Assembly (NCBI RefSeq): GCF_021028975.2
Contig: NC_059428.1
Span: 101,370,001-101,434,000, forward strand
Length of the DNA: 64,000 bases
From: Sphaerodactylus townsendi
Taxonomy: Eukaryota
Reading direction: 5' to 3'
A model generated the notes under the pieces. It did not search any database. It was not told the origin of the DNA and saw nothing but the letters and a program-made list of their open reading frames with translations. A program made the translations under genes and the position numbers. Every line of letters begins with the position of its first letter. Position 1 is the first letter of the stretch. Positions 11,181 to 24,554 of the stretch are shown piece after piece.

Positions 11181-13586
11181 ACTGGCAAATCTTGAATGTA
11201 CACTGGTATAGGGGACTTTGCGCCTTTCTAGATGGTGTAACTAGAGCTTAGAGTCACTAGTTCATTTATTTTAAAATCATGCACATCACTTTTAAGGGGC
11301 GAAAACAGATTTAATCTGAACTGCATGTTAATGGTACTGGTTTATTGTAAAAAAGAAATAAAAGAAACTTTTAACATCTGAAATGCAATGCATGGTCCCC
11401 TTAATTTATTGCATTGTAAGTTATTCAACTTCAAAAAGGTACCAATTGCAAAGGTTTGGTAATATGCAGATATTTTTAGCATTAATTGACAGTTTTGGTT
11501 GATGCCCTCATGTTAACAGAAGCTGGACTGTACCATATTAACTTTGTCGTTATTGACTGTATAGACAACATGTCTTAAGTTTTTAAAAAAAGATATAACA
11601 GCAGCCTTCTAGAGTGTGTACATGTTTTAGGGTGTTTATCAGCATAAACTATCCTAGGTAGTACCATCTGATCCCCACCTTTTTTTTGCAAGTTAATTTT
11701 TATACATCCTTCATTTTTTCTTATATTGTCGCAAATGAAGTTTTACTAGGGAAATGACATTAATGGTGCAGTGCCAAAGCAAGATGTATATTCATTGCAT
11801 AGGGTTAGTTCAATTTCCTTCTGTCTCATTTGTTTTTAAGGCAGCCATTCTCTCTTCAGAATTAGCTGTTTGTTCTGGCTATGTACTTAACGAATAGAGC
11901 GAGACCACATGATGTGGTAGCTATGGAGAAATCCATTCATCATTCAAATATAACTAGCCAAGTCCTTTTGATAAATATGATAATTATTCTTTAAGCCAAC
12001 TTTATTATATTTGGAATCTGAAAAACTTTCAGAGTAGAAAAGGCTGTTGTATTTGCACTGTGGCGTATGAAAAGGAAATGCCTTGCACCTAACTCGCCAA
12101 AGGAAACAATGTGCCTTTCATAAAGCATGCCCAGGCAAATCAGAATTAGTATTCTACTTTATAATTACCATGGCAGCTTGCTGTATCCTGTGCACTAAAT
12201 CACCCTTCTTACTATGGTAATGTAATTCTTTGATGTGGCTTTGGGTTGTTTGAAAAGGCCAAGGTATTGACCACGGCAGAGAGCGGGAGTGGAGAACAGG
12301 CAATTCTAATGGAAGATTTACATTACCATATGCTCCTACCATAGCATGATGTTTTGCAATCCACCTTTTGGATTTGTTGGCACAGCTGCTGAAATGTTGT
12401 TGAAATATTTGAGTTCCGCACTGATGTCTGTTGATGTTATGGTTAGCAGAAACATTGTTAAAGCGGTGCTTTCCCCCAAAATACCAGAAGTACAGTTGCA
12501 AAGCCGAGCCTGGCAACGAATAAGAGACTAGGGGAACCAGGGACAGAGAGGTGGAAATGAGACTTCATTTCCAAGAAAATCTGAAAGTGATGTCGTACAT
12601 CTCTAGCAATTGTCATTAACTCTGTGGTAAAATCTGGTTTGTCTCTGGAAGTGATGCTAGCCCTCTAGCAATTGCAAAAAACTCTGTGGTTTTACCACAG
12701 AATCTCAGCAATTCCTAGAGAATGAGGATATCACTTCCATTTCCCTCCAGAAGTCATGTCAGTGACCTTTTTAAAACAACAATTCCCCTGGAAACAAGAG
12801 GCAGGGTATCCTGCACCCCCACCAGGACTGATGCGAAGTTTTGATACAGTCTGACCAATGACTCTTGCCTTTAATCCTATTGGTGAATTATTTGTGGTTT
12901 TCTTTCACACATACACATTCTTAGCACATGCATGTCAACGTATGTGTGAACAAAAGTACATATTTGTGAGATGATGCATTTGAACTCACTTAGAGAAAAG
13001 TGCTATACTGATTTATTCCTGGAGACTAGTAGGAGGCCTAAACTCAAGAAACAACGATAAAAACACCTCTCACACAAGTACATCCTCATTATTGTACAGT
13101 GTACTGCGCATGCAACACTGCATGTTTCAGTGAATCTTTATGTTGTTACATGTACGTATATTGGAGATTTTGCATTCTCTGATAAGACTTTTAAAAAACA
13201 ATATAAAGTTTTAAAAATGTAAATATACCATGTTAAAGAGGAGTTAGGTGAACATTTGCTTTAGAGTTAGGAATTCTGGTACTGTTCAACACTATATTTT
13301 TTAAAGCATCTGAAATGAGTGTACTGGTGGATCCGTTGATTCAGGTACAAGTTCTTCATATAGCTGTCTTTAAATGACAGTCAATCCTTCTTTGTTGCAT
13401 TTCTGCTGTTTTGCTGTTGTTGTGATTACTTTTTATGCTATGTCATTTAAATGTATTTGCCTCTACATTTTTCCCTTCCCTATAAAACAAACTTTTTCAT
13501 TAAAACATAACACATCATAAGATGGAATTTTCGTGCTGTGGCTGTATTTAAAATATTTTCTTGTGTATATTTTTTTAATAATTCAG

Positions 13587-13759
13587 AGCAACTACAAGGC
13601 ATCTTTGGAAAGAAAATGCTAGACTATGTTCTCAACCTGTGTCAAGAACATTATGATTTCCTTGTTCGAATGCCTGAGAAGTTGATTATGCACATCTTGT
13701 CATTCCTCAATGTGGAGGATATTGGACAATTGTCAAAAACATGTAAAAAGTTTCGCAAG
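13587..13759 (+). CDS. FBXO36-like, coding exon 3 with F-box (QLQGIFGKKMLDYVLNLCQEHYDFLVRMPEKLIMHILSFLNVEDIGQLSKTCKKFRK)
   Basis: F-box consensus (L/M)P.E/K....I.S.L...D...L..TCK.F; CAG acceptor, GTAACA donor; 173 nt. Confidence 0.92.
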
Positions 13760-14022
13760 GTAACAATTCTACATAATTATTTAACGGAATGTATTTATTT
13801 TCCAAAGAATTTCAACAAGATGGGACCTCCAGATTAAATGAACTTCACAGAAGAAACTTGTGAAACTAGTTATCATTGGACGTTTCCAAGCCTACTCAAT
13901 AATATTGGTCCCAGAGTAGATCACAAGATAAATTGACTACAGTAAGCACATTTTGAATAAGCTGAAAGGCTGAAATATACTTGTGTGTTGCGTAATGTAC
14001 ATTGCAACTATTTAATTTTCAG

Positions 14023-14187
14023 TTGTGCAGCACTGAAGAATTTTGGGAAAAAATAAAACGGTTGCAAGATAGCTACAATCTTGATGCAAAAACAATCACG
14101 ATCCCAGCTTATAAGAGGCCATCGAATTCCAGTCGGAGACCAGGCTACTTGGCACAGATGCAGAGAAGACAGACTACGTTTTTCTAA
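14023..14187 (+). CDS. FBXO36-like, last coding exon (LCSTEEFWEKIK...RRQTTFF*)
   Basis: TTTTCAG acceptor; LC....W completes the F-box; stop TAA; total CDS 543 nt = 180 aa. Confidence 0.85.
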   Translation: MCSTEEFWEKIKRLQDSYNLDAKTITIPAYKRPSNSSRRPGYLAQMQRRQTTFF

Positions 14188-14311
14188 AAAAGGGGCACAA
14201 ATTGTTGACCACAAGCTGGGGCCTGGCCCCATAGACAATCACAGGAAGAGAGGAATAATTTGAACATTCCACATTACCGCATATATCTCAATCTTCAGAG
14301 GCAAGTTGTTA

Positions 14312-14846
14312 TAGTGCAGCCTTAAGGAGAGTAACTCCAGTTTAAGAGCCCCATTCAAAAGGGGTGTGTGTGAATCCACTCAAGGGAGCGGTACGTGGCC
14401 ATGTTGGCAGATTTGCCCTTCCTGGGCATGTGCCCTGATGGAGGGGCATCCACCAGCATGCAGCTATGACAGCTCCCCCGCCCCAAGGCTGGGATGCTGC
14501 GTTGGACACCCCACCGTGTCCCAGTGCTCCTGATGCCACCAGTGTAGCGGGGCCAGGATGGGGATGTTGACATTCGTCAGCTTCCTGTCAACCTTTGCCT
14601 GTGTTACGCCCTACTGCAGACTTATACCACTGAAAATGTGGTGGAAGTTTGTTGGGGCTTCTTGGCGATGGGGAAGCTTTTTGCTTTATGAGCCTCCTCA
14701 TGCCATTGGGAAGCCTCTATGGGAATGGCAGCAAGGGATGGCTGTGGTGTTGTGGATGGATGGAGCTCCCCACCCATTGGATGGAGCTGCCCACCCTTTC
14801 ATTTCAATGGGCTTAGACTGTAGTAACTCTGCATAGGATTGCACTG
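14312..14846. mobile_element. Non-autonomous DNA transposon (TA-flanked, CAGTGCAATCCT-type TIR) in the FBXO36-like 3' region
   Basis: Left TAGTGCAGCCTTAAGGAGAGTAACTCCAG, right CTGTAGTAACTCTGCATAGGATTGCACTG; related ends at 17343-17431 and 23752-24192. Confidence 0.55.
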
Positions 14847-15849
14847 TAAGACTTCATTATGGCACATTTTTACTGGAACTTCTTCCCTCCAGCTGTTCAT
14901 CTGGTGCCGACTATCATCAAGCTTTCAGCACTAGGTGACAACACTTTTATTTTCAGACACTTGTGGATGATTGAATGCATTGTTCTCCTGTGTTGTTTTT
15001 ATGCCTGAACTGCATATTGGTTTTTTGATGTTCTATTTGTTGCTTTCCTGCTGTTATTTTTATGGGTTTTTGTCACTTTAATTTTGACTGTAGCTTCATT
15101 ACTTATACACTGTTAATTTTATTTCGTTACTTCGCTTTTTCCTGATCTATTTTAAGTGAAATAAACTGACTCATGAACTGAAACGGTGAAGTCATGTTTC
15201 AAATAAACAAACCAGGCTGGAAGTCCAATTGGAATGGGTAGAAGTATGTAGATATGCATGTAGATATGCACGTAGTTGGTCTACTGCTATATATTCAAGT
15301 TCGTTTATTAAAAGGAAAGATTAGTAAGAGGCCCAAGTATGATTAAGTAAACCTATATGAAACAACATTGCCAGACCAGGCAAATATCTACCTTTTCTGA
15401 TACATATAAATAATGTAATGTAACTAATATAAAATAACTATAAATAAATAAATAAATCAAAACATGGAGAATCTTTCCCTTTTGAAGTGATTATTAACTA
15501 TTTCAGCCAGCAGCCCTCCAAGCTCCACTTTCTTGGTCTTAACCAGTGAGGATGGATGTGGATTTAAACATGTGGTAGCTTTGACAACTCAAATCACTCT
15601 ATTGACCTATTTGGAAGAAACAACGTTGAAATGATCTGGACAATTCTGACATGGTTGCTTCTTACATCCCTGATCCAAAAATGATGAAGATAAAACACCT
15701 TCCCAGCCACTAAGGCCTCTCTTTTTCTCGTTTTTTTTTTGTTTCAATTTGTTCAGTCTCAACCGTTTAACGGTAACAGTCAGGCAGTCATTCAGGACCT
15801 CTATTGCATCAGGAGATTTGGATAAGGGTAGGGCGGTCTATTAAATTTA

Positions 15850-15851
<2 letters not shown>

Positions 15852-15931
<80 letters not shown>
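15852..15931. repeat. (TAA)n microsatellite, ~26 units
   Basis: Direct read; follows an L2-like tail GGGCGGTCTATTAAAT. Confidence 0.97.
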
Positions 15932-18480
15932 TAGAGCTGGATATCATGAGCATATTGAGCTTAGCCAGCCGACAAACAATGAATGATTTGGCCTAAGGGC
16001 TTTACATAGAGATTAAAAAGCATGGGGAATAGGATTGCACCCTGTAGAACTCCAGGGGATAGGTCCCACAAGGAAGAAAACTGGTCTCCAATGGCAACCC
16101 TTTGAGTCCAGTCCATGAACACATGCAGATGTTGCCAAAAATGTGCAAAATAAAAAATAGAATCACTTGAGAATAGGAAAGCAAAAGCATGTGATGTCAG
16201 GGTTGGGGTTTGTGTGCAGCATAGGGGAGGAAGTGGAGACCAGTAGGGGAAACAGATTTCTTCTTCCCTGCCAGTCTTTACAGGCTCATCAGTTCTATAC
16301 TCCTAGTTCTTGTCAGAAAGTGTTCTAAAATGATTTTAATCAAAATCCCGGATCTAGATCTTGTGCATAACAAATCCCCTACCACAGTTACTAATCTTGA
16401 ATGGTAGTGCACATTGTGATCCAAAGAAAAAGATGTACCCAGTTAATATAATGCAGTCCCATATGAGTATCACAGTGTGGAAGCAGAGGCACACTTATGC
16501 CTACAAAGAAATCTGTTTAAATGGATGGATTGGGCAAGGAGATTACATTCAAATAATCACGTTAACTGGTTTATCAACCTGGTGGGTTGATCAAAGCAAT
16601 CAAATGCTGATAGTAGGATTAGTAATAGATTTAAAACCTATGAAAAAAAAAACCCCAAGAATTAATGTGAGCCTTGACAGAGACGTGGTGACCTTGCTGA
16701 AGATCCTAGTAACAACATGAGTATATCTAATGGAAGGATTTGTTCTGGTCTATCACAGTGAGCAGAGAGAATTGCCATAGCTGTTTACTGTGCATTCTAT
16801 TCCGTAGCTTATTTACATATATCAACATATAGGCTCCATCGGTGACATGAAAAAACATGTAATATGAAACATTAAGGTACAAAACATTGTCATATATTAA
16901 AAGTGGCAAAACATTTAGAAATGGTATTTCAGGAAAATCAGATACAGCATTAAGCATTCGTGCTTCAGTAAAACATTTTCTGATTTAAACATAGGAAATC
17001 TGTTGAAAGGCAAAAGCAGCTCAGAAGTGGCTTCACATTATAACAAACACTGGGGCCAGCTATCTAAGACAGTGGTAGAGTGATGTGTAACAATTATGTA
17101 CTTGTTGAATATAAAATGGGAATGACAAAGTTCTATAAATGGGAATGACACCGTTCAGCAAAAGTAGAGGGAAGAAGGGCATTGAATCCTTTTCACCCAC
17201 CCTCTGGTTGTTTCCTGATAGAGTTCTGATATGAGAAGTAATTCCCAGGAGAAAAATGGCATGATGGAAGTAGTTTCAGGATAGAAAGCACGACTAGATA
17301 AAGAGTTCAGCATTCTTATCCTACTCATTATGTTGGACTTTGACAGTGTCATTCTAAGCAGAGCTCTACCCTTCTAAGTCGTTTGAAATTAATGGACTTT
17401 AAAAAGTGTAATTCTGCTTAGGATTGCACTGTATTGGAACTCAGCGTGACCCAAGTTCAAATATGGACACTGTGCTACCATAAATGTCTAATTTGCCCCT
17501 CCCCTCAATGATCAGAAAAAGCTCAGTGAGGTACTGACGACTGCAGACACTGGACACAAATGTCCAAGTTAGAACATGATCCTGCAAATATGCCTTAACT
17601 GCCCATGAACTTGCTAGGATCTTGTATTGTCCTACAACAATAATTTGAACATTACCTTCATTATAGGTGCCATTCATTTCTTATTGTTAATTATGCATTA
17701 ATACATGCTAAAGTAGGACTGAGCTCTTTGTAGGACCAAGGCTATAGTACCTCTGTTATTGCTCCTCCCCCGAGACCGAAATCTAACAATTATTCTCGGC
17801 AGAATGCTTTATTTTCTTGGGATTGCAGGACTGGGATCTGTAGTAACTTTAACTGATAGGATAAAGGCACAGTTTTTAAAAATCCTCTCAAGCCAACAAA
17901 AATCCTCTCAAGACTGGAAAAGGCATTTTTGGAAGTATTTGACATGACACACAAAATGTGAGATAAACTAATAATCAACAAAAGTTTCCACATTCTGGAT
18001 TAAATCTAGCATAATATTCAACAATATTTAAACATGTCCTCATATTTAGGTGACAGTCTGCCCAAAGGAACTATCTGCTGCCCATTAGGCATAGAGTCAA
18101 ATGACTAATTACAAAATGCCTGTAAAAAACCCCAGGATTTTCAGGATATTACTGGCATAATAAGCAATCAAATATGCATTGGTACAACTGATGAGTGCAG
18201 AAGGTGGACTCAATACATAACGTGTACCTCAGCTGGAAAGTATAAATGCACATTCAACAAGCCCTTATGACGCAAAAGGCCTTTCCCCTTCTTTTTTTCA
18301 TAAAGTGTTTTGATGTTATATGTATGCAACGTTGCATGTGAATCAAACTGCTGCCAGCAAAGTAGAGGGTGGGGGGGTGGGGGAGGCCATAATAGTTGGG
18401 TGATGTTGGTTGAGTTCTGAGAACACGGAAGATTCTGTGGGAACTATAATTCTTCTTGTCTTTGTTTTGTTCGTTTTGTT

Positions 18481-18654
18481 TTATTCTGCATCTTCGCTCT
18501 TCTCAGAACCAGCTCCGGTTGAATTGTCTGCCTCATACTTTCTGTCATAAGCATCTTCCAGAGACTTTTCAGCATAGTCATAGGACCTACTTGTAGACCC
18601 CGTATGTGTTCGAATGCGAACTCCTGGCTGGTATAGTTGCATGGCTGGCCGATC
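18481..18654 (-). CDS. UPF3A: UPF3A exon 10 (DRPAMQLYQPGVRIR...SEDAE*)
   Basis: Second half of the EJC-binding motif; polypyrimidine+CAG acceptor; TAA at 18483-18481. Confidence 0.93.
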   Translation of the reverse strand, partial: DRPAMQLYQPGVRIRTHTGSTSRSYDYAEKSLEDAYDRKYEADNSTGAGSEKSEDAE

Positions 18655-20183
18655 CTGTGCAAAAAAAACAGAAAGAAGACTTTCTCAAAGCCACCAGTTA
18701 TCCACTTAGGAGATCTCAAGATGTCTAATCTGAGCTGATATAGACAAGGGAATTTTGCAACAAACTGCAGAAATGGGAAAAACTCGATTATTGTGATCTG
18801 GCATCTGATCATTTCTGTCTTGATTCCTGGCAACAAAGAACTTTGACTAAAATAAAACAATGGTGGCCAAATTTTGTAGGAAAGCAATGCGGGGTAGCAA
18901 AGTATTCAAAGCGTCCTATCAAATTTTAAATCCATTCTGATATTGAAGGAGAAAACTGGATGCAAACAAATATGGAAATGAGTCTATACTGTCATTATAA
19001 CATGACAATCTACAAACTGATACAACCATTTACAGCTTGATTAAACAGTTTGTTGACTGGCAAATTAATGCGCAAAGTTTATTTATTAATTAAAATACTT
19101 CTATTCTGCCTTTCCTTATGGCCCAAAGTGGTTTACAAACTATATTTACAAATATTACAATTCAAAACAAACATAATAAAACACCAAGTAACCCCAGGCC
19201 TCCAGAAGATACCTGCAATTTCTATCCCATTAAGTTGGGTCCAAGAGTTATTCCCAATGTGCAGTATTGTAACTTGTGGCAGTTTGCTTTGCTGGAGTAT
19301 CAGACTGGTCAACACTAAATCCTGGGCAATAGTCGGATATGGGAAAGACAGAAAACAGCTCACTACAGACAATTCTAAAGAACTTTCATCTAATATATAA
19401 CCAGCTGCATAGACTAAGGCTGCAATTCCAAACACAGCCCCATGGAACTTTCACACTTTGTTGGATAAGTGTAATTAATTATATTGGGGTTGCAATTAAC
19501 AAGCAGCACAGCAAAACTGCTTACAAATGACACTGCTGTAGTGAGGTTAATGAAAGCCACTCTTTGTGCCATGGGACCCTTGCATATCCACAGGATCGAG
19601 GTGTAAGAAATACTTTTTTGTAGAAATTACCATTCTCTTGAACCTCTAAACTGTCACTGAGCATACTTGTATAAATCTTGAGAAAAAGGATTCCTTGTCA
19701 TTTTCAGATGACCTTTCCCCATTATTCAACATATATCCCTATTGTTTCTTTCCTGTTATGTAACCTGTGCTAACAGCTGTTCAGCTTAAATCCTTTATGG
19801 CTAGGCTTTCCCCTTTCTGGTAATATAGTGGGTGATAAGGACAGAGGCTTCTTTGGGACTGGATGGGTTCTCATGAAGAGGGTTTGTATTCTGCTGATTG
19901 TTAAAACAGGCACCAAATTTTTAAAGCCAAGATCCCAAGAATAATGCTTCATTACAGCATGTGTTTTTTTAAAAAATGCAAATATATAAATAAGCAGTAA
20001 AAAAGAGATGCCATGTCAATTTGAACTCCCATCATTCAAACTGCTTTGGCCATGTAATTATGAAGTGTGTATTTGACTGAAAATGAAACTGCTTAAAAAT
20101 CATGCTCTGATTACAAAAGCAAATCCTGTGTGACCCTGAAGAAATTTTACTAATGAAAGATTATCCTAAATTAATAAAAGAAC

Positions 20184-20478
20184 CTTATTTCTTATGCGCT
20201 CCTTTTTGGATGCCATGTCATCACACTTGTCCTCTTTACCCAGTTTGTCTACTGTGTCCACAGTGAAGCTGTAGTTGTAGCTCACTTTCTTCCCTCGGTC
20301 TTGGCTGTATCCTTTCCCCCATTTCAGCTCATCTTCATTCCTTCTCACAAACTTGTCAAATTCATAGTGAGTTCTGTGCTTTCGGCCGTCATCCAACCGA
20401 TACCTTTGTCTCTCTGGTTCTTTATCATGAAATCTTCGGTCTGATTCTCTTTGCTCTTTATCACTATCATTTTGTGAC
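20184..20478 (-). CDS. UPF3A: UPF3A exon 9
   Basis: 295 nt, ends KKERIRNK; AG/GT boundaries in phase. Confidence 0.93.
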
Positions 20479-20583
20479 CTGTGAGTGTTTTGAAAATGAA
20501 ACAACAACAATAACAACCACTAAACTTGGAAAATCAACTACTTAAAATTCACACAGTGAGAGTGACACCATGCCAAACAAAAG

Positions 20584-20895
20584 GTTTTCCAAGTGGTGTG
20601 GCTGTGATCTGGTGGTTCCTGTTCCTAACGTTTCGCCTGCATCTGTGGCTGGCATCTTCAGAGGTGTATCACAGAGGGAAGTCTGTTACACACTGTGTCC
20701 AGCGATAAGGGAATGTTTCAGTGGGGTATAAATTGTCATGTTCCCTAGTGGGGAACCAATCAGTAAGTGTTTGGGTGGGATTTGCTATGCAAAGGTGTGG
20801 TTGATAGTATAGTATTGCAGGTGGGTTTTTTTCAGTCCAGGGAGTGATTCACATTTGCATTCCCTGCAGCAGCAGCAGTATTGGTGAATGCAAAC
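20584..20895 (-). mobile_element. Penelope-like element terminal fragment
   Basis: Characteristic ACGTTTCGCCTGCATCTGTGGCTGGCATCTTCAGAGG segment; related pieces near 52255-52340 and 54025-54095. Confidence 0.6.
20624..20664 (-). ncRNA. Minimal type I hammerhead ribozyme motif
   Basis: CCU CUGAAGA U GCCAGC-CACAGAU-GCAGGC GAAA CG UU AGG on the minus strand. Confidence 0.55.
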
Positions 20896-22201
20896 ACAGG
20901 ATTTGCATTGAAATCACTGAGGCACAACATTCTATAGCAAGTGCCAAGCCCTGACAAGTTTCAAGCTAGGGAAGGCTTCATTAAGAGATAAGTTTTAAAA
21001 CACACTTTCTAATTCTGAGATTAAAGGTTTCCTTGGCCACTTTTCTTAAATATTCCCTGAGTGTCCCAGCTCAGAATGTGTTAGGACTTTGCACTTTCTA
21101 TTAAAATAATTTTCATACTCATTTACTAAATGACCGTGGGATTCTGAAGCTTTGTTAAAATACATCTCCCTATGTCAATGATACAACAGCCTGGGCGATG
21201 TTCAGCTACAGAAGTTTTGCATAAAGCAAGGTATTGTGCTCAACTATACTATAAATGGAGAAAGTGTTGTAGAAATGGCCCAGCTGCACTGGAATGGCTT
21301 CCAAGGTAAGTCCCGAAAGAAGGTTTGGAGGACTGTGAATTCATAGGCCAGACACAACAGGAAGATGCATCATAGGACAGAACATAAAAAAAGGAGGTGA
21401 GCTGAGATCATGTAGCTCAGGCACCAGCCTGATCCCTCAGGTCTATGTATTGCATTCCTTTACATCTTTATGTTGGCTTGTAGGCAGATGGCCTATAGAC
21501 CAGCCATATGTGCATATTTATCATTTGCAGCATCAAGTGGGATAATATCACAGTTCAAGTGCCACAGTTCAAGTCTTTGTATCTTTGAGCTTTTAGTTGA
21601 GGCCCCCTGTTTGTCCAATGCTGTCTGCCGGCCTCCCAACCACTTACTACCAATGCACATATTATATCTTCCTAATTCTCTCCCCGCCCCCCCGCCCGGA
21701 CACCACTCAGGCAGTCCTTAGCAATGGGATTGCATTGAGGTAAGGAGGATATTCCTTTATAGGGTTATTTCTAGATTTTACCATCTTTTAAGGGTTTTTT
21801 AACATTTTTGATTTTTAAGATTAAATGCTAAACTAGTTTTACAAATTCAATATTTATGTAATGTTTTAAATATGTATGGGCACTGACCTGAGCCTGACCG
21901 GTCAGGAAGGGCGGGGAATAAAGTGCTTATGAATGGAGTCAGTTCACCTTGAGCTACAAGTCATCAAGTATATGATTAAAAAACAGAAGCCAAGTGATTG
22001 GTTCAGCCTTTCAACCCTACTAAGGACAAGAGTTTGAGTGCTTCAACAGACTCCAGCAGTTAGTCTCTAGGCAAAGGGAGTTAAGTCCAAAGAACAGGGA
22101 AGAGTAATCAATACAAGATGTTCTGCTGTATTATCTGTGGGATTCACTGATATAAAATGCTCTGAGTAAGACATCAATCTTTAAAATAAGGAATCACTTA
22201 C

Positions 22202-22350
22202 TTTTCCTTCAGTTCCTTTAGTGAACCTTCTGGTGGCTTGGATTTTATGCTCCCATGCCCTGGAGATTTCTCCCATTTACTTTCTTCTATGTCTTTTTCT
22301 CTGTGTTTCTCTGTAGTTTGCTCATCTCCTTTCTCTGGCTTTTTAAGAAG
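22202..22350 (-). CDS. UPF3A: UPF3A exon 8 (LLKKPEKGDEQ...)
   Basis: 149 nt, TAG/GTAAGT, phase fits exons 7 and 9. Confidence 0.92.
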
Positions 22351-24554
22351 CTAAAGAATAGATGTATTTAAATATCCAGTTATTATAGAAAGTCTTGCTT
22401 AGCTGTACAAACATCTACATTACACACTGTGAAATGTACTAATATTCAGCACAATGCATTTGTAAACAACCAACATTTGCTTGGTGGAGATACATCCTTT
22501 GTCCCGGCAAGATAGCCACACTCATTTGGCATTCACATTTGTATCCAGTGATGAAACAGGGACCATAATCCACCCACAATAAAGAAGACTGTGTCCACCT
22601 TTTTTTGGAAGTTAAGCATGTGCTCAACTCTCTCCTATAGAAAAAGATGGGATTTAAAAGTACTTAACTTTGATTAAAAATTTTGCTGCGGTGGGTATGT
22701 GCATGTGCATTCTCATTTGTGGAACTTGAGAAAAGACCATTAACAGAAGTACGCTTCTTCATTTATTAATTATGTTTAGATATTTGCCATTTTTAAATTG
22801 TACATTCATTAGACCTTCCAAGTACAAATCACACCTGCTTTGTTTTCCTGTTCAGACATTCCCTTCAAAATGTATTGCACTATTAAGTTGCAGTAGCACC
22901 CCTTGATCAGTATTTCAAATGCAATTACTGGTAATACACCATAGAAGTGTGATGGATGCATACAGATGCAAATGAAGCACAGGATATGGTCTGTTTATCT
23001 ACTTTCTCATTTCCCTTTTGGCAGGAAAAGAATTAATTCTATCCCAGTGTGTCACTGCTGTGAAGTAGGCAGTTTTGGGCATGAGGAAGAGAATGATACG
23101 CCTGTGTGTTTGTCCTTCCCATTCTGGGGACCTGCATAAAGGCCATGGGAGTGAAGCCTCTCAGTGATGTGCCCAGCTCCAGGGCTGTTGGCTGGATCTC
23201 AGCCCCAGGTGGGCAAGACTTGCACCCGAGTGGGATCTCAAGAATTGTCACTCCAATGTTGCTCCCCCAGTAGGGAGGCTGAAATAAAGTGGGGTGCCCG
23301 ATGCTATGCTAATGCCAATGTGGCTCTTTTCACTCTAGTTGTCATCTTTGGTTGGTCTGTTCCCACCTTCACTCTTGCTCCCTCCCCTGGTCTGAGGACT
23401 CCAAGCATCCCTTTGGCTGAAGAGATTTCTGCAGACATCAGCCATAACCTTGAAAGCCTTGTTCCATCACAAGAGTTAAATATGTGTGTTTAATTTATAC
23501 ATTTCAATTTAATCTGCTCTAGTAGATTTGCTCTTTGCTTGTGGTCATTCTGGTCTGGAATGTTTAGCTTAATCTATGGGGTGCTGGATAATGCACGGTC
23601 CTGGCCTGAGCAGGAAGCTGGACTGGTTGGCCACTCAAGCTTTACAATATTTAATTTTTAATCTGAATACCTAAGGGAGTAATCCTAAACAGGGGTACTC
23701 AGCAAAATTAGTCCAATGTTTGTCAATAGGGATAACACCTAGAAGAGCTAACAGTACAGTCCAAATGGGGTGGAGTAGTTGCGTGGTGACTGGGGACGGC
23801 ACAGCCCCAGCACTGCTGTGACACCTCTTAAGAGACTTGCTGTGTCACAGCCAGGAAGCCAAGAGTGATGGCTCCCCTTCCCCCATGAAAGTGGGCTGTG
23901 CCACCAATTTTGCCACACCAGCAGATGAGGCCTGAAAGGGCTCAGGAAAGTGACTAAAGCTGTCCCCACCCCCCAAAAATGCCACCTTTGGTGCTGGCAT
24001 GAGCTGCTGCACCAGAGGAATGCTCCAATGGCAGCTGTACTAGGTGTGCCCATGTATTGCACAGTCACATGGCTCCCTGACACCAGCATAAGTGCACTGG
24101 CATAAATGAACCAGCACAAATGGCATTTATGCTGATGCTGGGGTCACATCACCTCCTGAGCGGTTTCCGCCCACCCCCTTAGGATTCTACTGTTAGAGCA
24201 GTACAAAATGTTACAAATGTGTAAAACATATAAACAACTAGTTAAAAGAATTTTTAAATTAACCAATTCTGCATCTCATGAATTGTCTCCTGTTCGTTCT
24301 ACTCCACCAGAGCTCTATTTCCATTAATGATAAAAATGAGTTGTGATAGCTGCTGATGTTCCAAATGATTGTGTGGGTTTGTCTGTAATGATGCAACCCT
24401 AAGCCACTGATCCAGATATAAGTTTCACTGAAATCAATTAGACTTCTTCATGTGTATGCTTTTAGGGTTGGGATACATATGAAGCCACAATATAGATTCC
24501 AATACAACAAAAAGGTGGGAGATAGCTCAAAATTTCCACACTATCAAAATTTAC

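Noticed and set aside
18444-18887. 147-aa ORF over the last UPF3A exon
   Set aside because: Wrong frame; begins in the intron; the conserved DRPAMQLY peptide is in another frame
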